From Candidatus Kaiserbacteria bacterium (lineage in GTDB: Bacteria; Patescibacteriota; Minisyncoccia; Phycocordibacterales; UBA918): a DNA stretch of 43,482 nucleotides. How positions within the stretch are numbered: the stretch's first letter is position 1; every line of letters starts with the position of its first letter. Made by a program: the position numbers and the translations under genes. Below are positions 16,625 to 22,936 of this stretch, piece after piece. The stretch is from the NCBI GenBank assembly GCA_043771035.1, contig JAYVHQ010000017.1, positions 1-43,482 of the forward strand. Direction: 5' to 3'. The notes beneath the pieces were generated by a model. That model was not told the origin of the DNA, searched no databases, and worked only from the letters and a program-made list of their open reading frames with translations.

Positions 16625-16801
16625 AGAAACCTACCGTGTTTTTTGTATGCTATACATCAGCAGAAGATTTGAGGTACTCTATGAACTGAACGTGGATTGC
16701 CACGCCTGCGGGCTCGCAAAGACGCTGGGAGCTTCGGAAAATAATACTTTACTGCTTAAAGTAAGCCAGCTCCGCTTAAGACTGACCTATGTAAATCTGT
16801 T

Positions 16802-16851
16802 AAAACTTTAGAAAATTAGTTTCATAAGCTTCGCCTAGGACTCTCCTAGGC
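16802..16851. repeat. Solo left end of the E-element (AAAACTTTAGAAAATTAGT) fused to a truncated copy B of the palindrome (AGCTTCGCCTAGGACTCTCCTAGGC).
   Basis: Positions 16802-16820 match 16976-16994 at 18 of 19 positions. Positions 16827-16851 are identical to the first 25 nt of copy A. Confidence 0.8.
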
Positions 16852-16917
16852 AGAATGGGCAAAATATGAACGTTGTTAGTTTCGCTTATCAATCGACATT
16901 TACTTAAGGACAGAATT

Positions 16918-16961
16918 AGCTTCGCCTAGGACATTTAGCTTCGCCTAGGACTCTCCTAGGG
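16918..16961. repeat. Copies C1 and C2 of the AGCTTCGCCTAGGAC repeat, 19 bp apart.
   Basis: Positions 16918-16932 read AGCTTCGCCTAGGAC. Positions 16937-16961 read AGCTTCGCCTAGGACTCTCCTAGGG. Confidence 0.85.
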
Positions 16962-16974
16962 AGTAGGCAGACAT

Positions 16975-17099
16975 TAAAACTTTATAAAATTAGTGCAATT
17001 CGAGGCAGGCAAGGAAAATCTTGCGAGCCGTACTTATTGTACGGTGAGTAAGATTTTACCGCAGCCTAACGAAGAAGTGTGCAATTTTATAAAGTTTTA
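16975..17099 (+). repeat. E-element copy E1, a 125-bp unit with 17-bp perfect terminal inverted repeats and a conserved internal hairpin. It is either MITE-like or a structured RNA.
   Basis: The ends read TAAAACTTTATAAAATT ... AATTTTATAAAGTTTTA. The internal part reads GCAAGGAAAATCTTGCGAGCCGTAC-TTATT-GTACGGTGAGTAAGATTTTACCGCAGC. The right end supplies part of the TAA stop (17097-17099) of the dockerin gene. Confidence 0.75.
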
Positions 17100-18212
17100 G
17101 CCGGTCCAGTTGAAAAGTAGGATAGAAAAGTCTTCAAGACTCACTCTTCCATTCGCATTGATATCAGCCGGTGGATTTGAGTCGCCGCCGGCACTTTGCC
17201 ACCAGAAGATGAGGATGGAGAAGTCGACGAGGTTTACTTTGCCGTCACGACTGAGGTCTGACGGTGAGGTGGTTTTGCCATCGACACCAACAAATAGCTG
17301 TACCGAGCTACTAAAACCACTCTGAGTTAAGAGAGGGGCGGTGCCAGAAACTGACCGGGCTTTAATAGTGTACTCGGCATTTCTTAGTCTGCTTGAATTA
17401 AAGTTTAGGGCGAATTTGCCGTCAGGTCCACTTTGAATCGACTCAACAATTTCACTATTATTAAAATGTACATCAACTTTGACTGACGGAATACTTTGGC
17501 CAGTAATGGCAATGATACTGCCGGGGATGACATTCGCGTTGGCCACAATCATGGTCGGTGGCAAGATAAGCCCGCTAACGTTCGTTACGGCCCCCTGGGT
17601 GACATCAAAGGTGTTATTGAGTGTAATGGAGCGTTTACCAGCGGAATCAAGCGCCCAGACGCCAAGCGTGGCCGCGCCTGGTGAAGCATTGGCTGCAAAT
17701 TCAAACCGGCCAGTACTATTGGCGCGGACAGAACCGATAGATTTAGTATCGAGTAAAAAATTTATTGTTTGATTAGGGTAACCAAGCCCGGTAACACTGA
17801 CTTGAGTGGCTCCTAATTCTTTGACACCTCCCCCACTACTACCGCCACCGCCAGAGGAACCGCCACCACCACTACCGGCTGGTTCGATCTTACACAAAGC
17901 CGAACAAAAGTCTAAACTGGTATTATTTCCGTCATCACACTCCTCCGTAAATTGTGTCTGTAAAACCCCGTCACCACAGTAAGGCCCATAGTTACAACTG
18001 ACCGTACACTGCCTGCCCGTAATGGTTGTACTGTAGACACCGGTCTCACCAGGAGCGTCACATTGTTCTGAGGCATCTACCAAACTATTACCACAAATAC
18101 TTAGGGTAATTGTTGTAGTCGCAACACCGACTGTTTCAGCGAACACAAATGGCGTACATGTAAAAATAATGACTACGAGCTGTAGTAATGAAAAAAGGGC
18201 AGGTAGTTTCAT
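17097..18212 (-). CDS. Secreted protein with Cys-rich repeats (Myxococcus-type CxxCDDGN repeats), a Gly/Ser linker, Ig-like domains and a C-terminal dockerin-like module.
   Basis: The signal peptide is MKLPALFSLLQLVVIIFTCTPFVFA/ETV. The Cys-rich repeats (about 17888..18095) read CGNSLVDASEQCDAPGE...C and YCGDGVLQTQFTEECDDGNNTSLDFCSALC. The linker is GSGGGGSSGGGGSSGGG. The dockerin-like module (17100..17261) reads DLSRDGKVNLVDFSILIFWW ... DINANGRVSLEDFSILLFNW. The gene starts 1 nt after the upstream stop. Confidence 0.8.
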   Translation of the reverse strand: MKLPALFSLLQLVVIIFTCTPFVFAETVGVATTTITLSICGNSLVDASEQCDAPGETGVYSTTITGRQCTVSCNYGPYCGDGVLQTQFTEECDDGNNTSLDFCSALCKIEPAGSGGGGSSGGGGSSGGGVKELGATQVSVTGLGYPNQTINFLLDTKSIGSVRANSTGRFEFAANASPGAATLGVWALDSAGKRSITLNNTFDVTQGAVTNVSGLILPPTMIVANANVIPGSIIAITGQSIPSVKVDVHFNNSEIVESIQSGPDGKFALNFNSSRLRNAEYTIKARSVSGTAPLLTQSGFSSSVQLFVGVDGKTTSPSDLSRDGKVNLVDFSILIFWWQSAGGDSNPPADINANGRVSLEDFSILLFNWTG

Positions 18213-18213
18213 A

Positions 18214-19179
18214 TTAGCTAATCAGCGAATCATCCTTACGTCCTTGACGTCTGTAGTAAATGAAATACAAAACAGCGATTATAAAGGCAAATAATGGCAG
18301 TAACACCGAAATCTTATGCGGGATTGAAAGACCACCAAAACCGTACCCGGCAGTTTGTAGAGTGCCATACGCCAAGATACTGAGATTAAGTTCTCCTTCT
18401 TGTTTCACCTCATCATTATTAAAAATTGTATAACGTGCCATATAACTACCTGCTGGTAGTTTAGTTGGTAAGTACGCAGTAATTTCTTCGGTTGCATACG
18501 GTGCAATCTTTTTTAGCCTACCGCTATGTTTTGTCTCTTCGAGTAAAACTGCTCCCGTTCTATCATAAATTCTAAATTGAACTTTCGAAGGTGCGATATC
18601 TACGTTACCGGTATTTTCGAGCGACATCTTGAAATTGATTTTTCCAGGGAAAAATAACCAGCCGAGTTTATGTCCCGCATCAAGATCAAGAACATCAATT
18701 TTTCGCACTCTAAAATCCTCGATTACACGATCAATCACATTGAGATTAATATCAACTTGGGCTCCAAGAGAAATACTGACAACTCCTTCAGCTACCTGAT
18801 CATCGGTCGGTTGTGTCCTGATACGAATCTTTCCTTCATATTCACGGTACGCGGCATCAGCTGGAACTTTAACTCGTACAGTCATGGCGACTTTTTGTTC
18901 ACCACGCGGCATAAGTATAGTTGTCCCTTCAACAATTTCTATCCAGTCTTGAATTTCTGGAGCATCAACCATAATCTGAGCATTCAGTGGTGCGTTAGGG
19001 TCACCACGTACGAGCAGTATCTGCTGCTCGTACGTTGAGTTACGGGTAAGACTGGTATTACGAACATACGGTGGAGTGATACCAAAACTGGCGCTCGCAA
19101 CCAATGTGCCAAACGCAAAATAAAGTATGACAACGAGCGAGCTCAATTGAAATAATGATGTGCAGGTGAGTGACTTCAT
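18214..19179 (-). CDS. Surface-complex anchor-like protein, paralog 3. It has a signal peptide, two beta-sandwich-like domains, a C-terminal TM helix and a basic tail.
   Basis: The signal peptide is LSSLVVILYFAFGTLVASA/SFG. Domain 1 ends in ...AYREYEGKIRIRTQP. Domain 2 contains KMSLENTGNVDIAPSKVQFRIYD...LPAGSYMARYTIFN. The TM is ISVLLPLFAFIIAVLYFIYY followed by RRQGRKDD. The layout matches paralogs 1 and 2. Confidence 0.8.
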   Translation of the reverse strand: MKSLTCTSLFQLSSLVVILYFAFGTLVASASFGITPPYVRNTSLTRNSTYEQQILLVRGDPNAPLNAQIMVDAPEIQDWIEIVEGTTILMPRGEQKVAMTVRVKVPADAAYREYEGKIRIRTQPTDDQVAEGVVSISLGAQVDINLNVIDRVIEDFRVRKIDVLDLDAGHKLGWLFFPGKINFKMSLENTGNVDIAPSKVQFRIYDRTGAVLLEETKHSGRLKKIAPYATEEITAYLPTKLPAGSYMARYTIFNNDEVKQEGELNLSILAYGTLQTAGYGFGGLSIPHKISVLLPLFAFIIAVLYFIYYRRQGRKDDSLIS

Positions 19180-19207
19180 GCGAATGATACTATTATCAAA
19201 AATATTT

Positions 19208-19253
19208 CAATAAAAAGCAATAACCACCGGTCTAATAGCGGTGGTTATTGCTT
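19208..19253 (-). terminator. Strong rho-independent terminator after the 631-aa gene.
   Basis: A perfect 15-bp stem pairs AAGCAATAACCACCG (19215-19229) with CGGTGGTTATTGCTT (19239-19253) around a 9-nt loop. On the minus strand it is followed by TTTTATTG. Confidence 0.8.
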
Positions 19254-19271
19254 CAATTTGAAATGTTTATT

Positions 19272-21167
19272 CTACCAACTCAAAGGTGCAGAGACTGCTC
19301 CAGTGAAAGTGTTTTGCCCCGTGTACGACCCAGCAAGAGTAATTGCTGCTGGTACAGCGATACCCCAGAAGGTCTGGCCAGTTGACGGTGTAGAGGTACT
19401 TATTGGTTTTGGAATTTGATTAAGTAGTGTTAGTGGCGAAGACGTTGGCGCTAACGATACTCCTGCACCATACGCTACAGCTGATGTAGCGTATTTTTGC
19501 TCACTCTGAGGGATGGTTGAGGTAGCAGACACGCGACACGGGTTGGCTACAGAATACGTACCACACATTGAATCCCCTCCGAGTAACTGGTTTAGTCCTG
19601 TATTACCGAGTACTCGTAATGTTGTTGAGGCACTAAGGGTTGGCATATTTGTACCAGGCTCGAGCTGCGTGTAAGCAATGAGGTTTGTGAGCAAGCCAAT
19701 AGCGACCAAACCATTTAACTCCACAGGACTGGTTGAAGTGGACATAGATCCAGTGGCTGAGTTGTTATCAACTCCAGATACTCCAGCTGCCCAGGTTTGA
19801 GCAAAGAATGGAGTGTCCGTTGATGTGCCGTTTGTTGGGTCAGCAATAAACCAAAGTGGAAACGTACAGTTATAAATAATTGTGTCATCTGCTCCACCGG
19901 CTGTACAGCTAGTAGTTGAAGCTGTACAGGCCAGGTTCCAAGTTGAGGTGGCGACACCGCTTGGGTAACAGTTGTTAGGATTATAACTACCAGCTGAACC
20001 GTTACATGAAGAGGTACCCACTCCTGAACGGAATACTGAGGCAACATAACCGGTAATCTCGTCCGCATTTCCGCCACCGACCGCATCACAACTATTGGCA
20101 TCAGCTACAACGTACGACATTGTAAAGCCAGTTGTTTGACCACCAGGGTTTGATAACGTGATGTTCGTCCCGCCGTTAAGACTCAAAGTAGCACCGGCAA
20201 CTGTTGGCGCAACATTACTAACAGTATACTGAACGTTTACACCCTGAGCTCCACCAGTCGCACTATGCCCGTGCTGATCAAAAATATAAGGGAAAGCATT
20301 GTATGTACTTGCATCTTGCATAATGGCTGCTAACACTCTAGAAGTTGTTGCGTTTGTGAGCGAACCTGGTACAGAGGAAGAGGCGACTGTATCACCAGCT
20401 CCACACAAGTTAGTGGTGGTACTGTATGAAGCTGAACCGCAAACTACTAGGAAAATTGTGTCTTCTGCATCAACGATGTCGGGGTCAGTAGAGGTAGAGA
20501 GAAATTGTACTGTTCCGCCAGGAGCTGTTGCTCCACCGTTAGCAAAGGTTGTAAAGACGGGCCTTCGGTTTACGTTAAAAGGTGAACTATTTGTAGCGGT
20601 GGTTCCTTGAGACGAAGTAGTGCTGCAGCGTGGATTCACTGGATCATCGTCACATACCCATCCGTACCAGATGTTAGACTCAGAGAAAGGGGCCACCTCG
20701 GTAGTGGTAGTAGCTGCTCGAGCTTGGTTACCACTGATAGTAGAAGTTGAGACTGCCCAACGCGTACCCGCAGCACAGACTGGCGGCGCAGTACCAAGCG
20801 TTGAGGTTGACATCATAGGTGTTGGGGTAGCTGAGGTGCTACATAAAATCAAGAAATATGGTGCTCCGTTAGCATCCGTTGCTGTACCAATCCATGAGAC
20901 AGTGTTGCCTGAATTGGAGGGGGTCGTCGTTGAAGACTCAATCTGTTCACGGGCCTCCTGCCCCACTACCCACACTGGTGGGGTGTTAAGTACTGTCAAA
21001 GTAGTGGTGGCCGTACCTGACTGTGCTGATGCGATTTGTAACTCTGTTTTACCAATATTTAAGATAAAAACAAAGGCAAAGATTAATACTCCTGATAAGG
21101 CTGTTAATATGGTTATTTTTCCAGCAGTCTCTACATACTGCGGCAGTTCTTGTTTGTTGTACGTCAT
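19272..21167 (-). CDS. 631-aa Thr/Ser/Cys-rich secreted protein with an N-terminal signal anchor and a class-2 C-terminal module shared with the giant ORF.
   Basis: The N-terminal TM is ITILTALSGVLIFAFVFILNI. There are many paired Cys residues. There is no C-terminal anchor, and the protein ends ...FWGIAVPAAITLAGSYTGQNTFTGAVSAPLSW. Confidence 0.85.
   Translation of the reverse strand: MTYNKQELPQYVETAGKITILTALSGVLIFAFVFILNIGKTELQIASAQSGTATTTLTVLNTPPVWVVGQEAREQIESSTTTPSNSGNTVSWIGTATDANGAPYFLILCSTSATPTPMMSTSTLGTAPPVCAAGTRWAVSTSTISGNQARAATTTTEVAPFSESNIWYGWVCDDDPVNPRCSTTSSQGTTATNSSPFNVNRRPVFTTFANGGATAPGGTVQFLSTSTDPDIVDAEDTIFLVVCGSASYSTTTNLCGAGDTVASSSVPGSLTNATTSRVLAAIMQDASTYNAFPYIFDQHGHSATGGAQGVNVQYTVSNVAPTVAGATLSLNGGTNITLSNPGGQTTGFTMSYVVADANSCDAVGGGNADEITGYVASVFRSGVGTSSCNGSAGSYNPNNCYPSGVATSTWNLACTASTTSCTAGGADDTIIYNCTFPLWFIADPTNGTSTDTPFFAQTWAAGVSGVDNNSATGSMSTSTSPVELNGLVAIGLLTNLIAYTQLEPGTNMPTLSASTTLRVLGNTGLNQLLGGDSMCGTYSVANPCRVSATSTIPQSEQKYATSAVAYGAGVSLAPTSSPLTLLNQIPKPISTSTPSTGQTFWGIAVPAAITLAGSYTGQNTFTGAVSAPLSW
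19275..20215 (-). other. Class-2 C-terminal module of the 631-aa protein, homologous to 26210..27025.
   Basis: Several segments align between the two proteins. LSLNGGTNITLSNPGGQTT pairs with VTLNGGLDINLTPGTTT. NNCYPSG pairs with NNCYKGD. IAYTQLEPGTN..ASTTLRVLGN pairs with INYGSLALGGN..ASTTVTNVGN. IPQSEQKYATS pairs with IPANEQRFATS. IPKP....FWGIAVPA pairs with LAKP....YWGVAVPA. Confidence 0.55.
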
Positions 21168-21267
21168 AATAATTTACCTATTCATTTTAGCTGATATTCA
21201 CCCGACTATACCCAAGTTATACACACACTTACTCACTCGTTATCAAAATAATTTATACTTAATTGAG

Positions 21268-21436
21268 CAAACTTTCAGAAATGAGTGCAGTGCTAGGAGC
21301 GCAAGGACATTTTCTGTAGGCGTACTGATTGTACGACGAAAGAAAATGTACCGCAGCGGCGGTCCAGCGATTTTCCTGAGGATGAAAAATCGGGACAGAA
21401 ATTCAGAATAGTCGCTATCGCTCGTTTCTTCATTCC
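21268..21436 (+). repeat. E-element copy E2 (~170 bp) in the permease/631-aa gene gap.
   Basis: The left end reads CAAACTTTCAGAAATGAGTGCAGTGCTAGGAGCGCAAGGA. The hairpin is ACATTTTCTGTAGGCGTAC-TGATT-GTACGACGAAAGAAAATGT. Next comes ACCGCAGCGGCGGTCCAGCGATTTTCCTGAGGATGAAAAATCGGGACAGAAATTC. The right end CGCTCGTTTCTTCATTCC pairs with GAAATGAGTG at the left end. Confidence 0.75.
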
Positions 21437-21467
21437 ACAACTAATGTGCGATTTATGGAAGTTTGAT

Positions 21468-22676
21468 TTATTCATAGCGAATGGCGTCGAGGGGATTCAA
21501 AGACGATGCACGGCGAGCGGGAAAAATTCCGGTCAAGTAACCCACAATGGCCGAGAAGACAATAATGAATGCGAGAAATCCAAGCGGAAATGCGAACAGT
21601 GTTACCGACTGACCTCCAAATTGACCGGCAACAAGATTGAGAAACAAATTTATAGTCATCCCTAATGTCACTCCCATCAACACACCAGTTAACCCTCCCA
21701 TAAAACCGACCACCACTGACTCAGATACGAAAAGATATTTCACATCGTTTGGTGACGCACCAATAGTACGCATAATTCCAATTTCTTTGGTTCGTTCGAG
21801 CAAGGTTACCGTCATCGTATTAAACATGCCGATAGCTGACACCAAAAGCGCAATACCCCCAAAAGTTGCTAACACCGCTTGTACCCCTTGGAAAATCTTT
21901 GAAGCTTGCTCGACAGTTTTAGACAAGGCGGTTACGCGGTACCCTTCTTCAATAAGCTGTTTTTCAATAATTGGTAAATTTTCATTACTGTCTACGCGAA
22001 CTTGGATACGTTCATATTCCTCGACACCAACATAATTACGCAGCTCAGGTAACATCATCATGGCATTGAGCACGCCTTCTTCTTTGGTAATACCACGGAC
22101 GGTATATTCTTTATCGATTACTACTTCAGTATTAGTATCTGAGCCATCCTCTGCTGGTATAAGCAATCTGAAACTTACCTTTTGCCCGATGAACGCCTTA
22201 GGATCTTCTATGCCGAACAATTTTAATACTGCCGGCGACAGCATCACCGAATTTACATCAGCAGCATCAGCGTCAGTAAAAACTACTCCTTCAGTAGCGG
22301 TTACTCCAGCATATCGCAAGTAAGGCGGCTCAACCCCTTGAATAAATACATTGCCCGTCAAACCTTTAAACGTAACCAGGGCAGGAAATTTAGCGAGCGG
22401 GGCAGCGTCGAGTACCTCAGGTTTTTTTTCAAAGGCGGCGACAGTTTCCGAAGTAAGTTTTAGGTTTTGGGCACCAGTAGCTGACACTCCGAGGGAAAGC
22501 AGGGTTTCGCCGAACACAATTTGCTCCAAAATAATCTGCTGCAGGCCAAAACCTAAACCCACAAGAATAACCACTGCCCCCGTCCCCACACCCATACCCA
22601 AAATCGTCAACCACGTTCGCAGTGGATTAGTCTTAAACATACGCGTCGAGAGCTGAGCGAGATCTTGAATTCTCAT
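21468..22676 (-). CDS. ABC transporter permease, FtsX/MacB family, with four TM helices and a large extracytoplasmic domain between TM1 and TM2.
   Basis: The N-terminus MRIQDLAQLSTRMFKTNPLRTWLTILGMGVGTGAVVILVGLGFG is typical of MacB/FtsX permeases. A soluble insert of ~215 aa follows. The C-terminal FtsX-type three-TM bundle ends ...GIFPARRASSLNPLDAIRYE, the family-typical tail. Confidence 0.85.
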   Translation of the reverse strand: MRIQDLAQLSTRMFKTNPLRTWLTILGMGVGTGAVVILVGLGFGLQQIILEQIVFGETLLSLGVSATGAQNLKLTSETVAAFEKKPEVLDAAPLAKFPALVTFKGLTGNVFIQGVEPPYLRYAGVTATEGVVFTDADAADVNSVMLSPAVLKLFGIEDPKAFIGQKVSFRLLIPAEDGSDTNTEVVIDKEYTVRGITKEEGVLNAMMMLPELRNYVGVEEYERIQVRVDSNENLPIIEKQLIEEGYRVTALSKTVEQASKIFQGVQAVLATFGGIALLVSAIGMFNTMTVTLLERTKEIGIMRTIGASPNDVKYLFVSESVVVGFMGGLTGVLMGVTLGMTINLFLNLVAGQFGGQSVTLFAFPLGFLAFIIVFSAIVGYLTGIFPARRASSLNPLDAIRYE

Positions 22677-22747
22677 TTGTTACATTATGACACGTACACA
22701 ACACGTAACTAAGGACAACTCACAGTTTAATTGAAAAGGTAAGTGAT

Positions 22748-22902
22748 ATTGAAAACGAGTGTAGTTGGTGGTGAGAGGAGTTACTAAATGTCACGCAACC
22801 TTGCGGACAGCGACTTGAGTCAGACACTCCGGTTGAGCTAGCTCACTCTTAGAGCGAACGTTCCATCGATTGGCTCTAGGAAAGAGCAAATCGGGAACAA
22901 AG
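22748..22902 (+). repeat. Degenerate E-element-like copy (E3) in the ATPase/permease spacer.
   Basis: ATTGAAAACGAGTGTAG (22748-22764) resembles the E left-end motif CAGAAACGAGTG. CTCTAGGAAAGAGCAAATCGGGAACAAAG (22874-22902) resembles CCTAGGGAAGAAAAAATCGGGACAGAAAT of E4b. The similarity is weaker than for the other copies. Confidence 0.35.
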
Positions 22903-22936
22903 CATAAACATACAACCTTGCGGTTGTTGTTATGCT
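22901..22936 (-). terminator. Hairpin with a GCAA tetraloop overlapping the ATPase stop codon. It may be an intra-operon attenuator or stabiliser.
   Basis: The minus strand reads AGCATAA-CA-ACAACC-GCAA-GGTTGT-ATGT-TTATGCT, followed by TTGTTCCCGATTTGC. That is two 6-bp helices with an internal loop. The U-tract is weak. Confidence 0.3.

Noticed and set aside
16696-16733. The segment GGATTGCCACGCCTGCGGGCTCGCAAAGACGCTGGG. It reminded me of a widespread short repeat that yields LLRRxAPRND-like pseudo-peptides in many metagenomic annotations.
   Set aside because: There is a single copy in the window with only a weak internal hairpin. I cannot substantiate the resemblance without a database search.
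16594-16961. A possible CRISPR array formed by the AGCTTCGCCTAGG repeats.
   Set aside because: The spacing is irregular (233, 91 and 19 bp start to start). The repeat lengths vary and are partly truncated. Only four copies exist, and there are no cas genes or leader. This looks like a REP/MITE-like pile-up instead.
21243-21475. Short ORFs inside the intergenic elements: 21243..21440 and 21293..21475 on the minus strand, 21444..21665 on the plus strand, plus 24494..24691, 24555..24845, 24584..24802 and 24172..24438.
   Set aside because: They coincide with the repeated hairpin-rich E-elements. They differ in frame between copies, lack an SD and have odd composition. The conservation is at the nucleotide and structure level, not the protein level.
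22422-22429. A T8 homopolymer (A8 on the coding strand) in the permease gene, and a (GAGGTT)x3 hexamer repeat at 9350..9367 in the 502-aa gene, as possible phase-variation switches.
   Set aside because: Eight bases is short for slipped-strand switching, and the tract simply encodes Lys-Lys within FEKKPEV. The hexamer repeat is in frame (Thr/Ser stalk) and could only change length, not expression.
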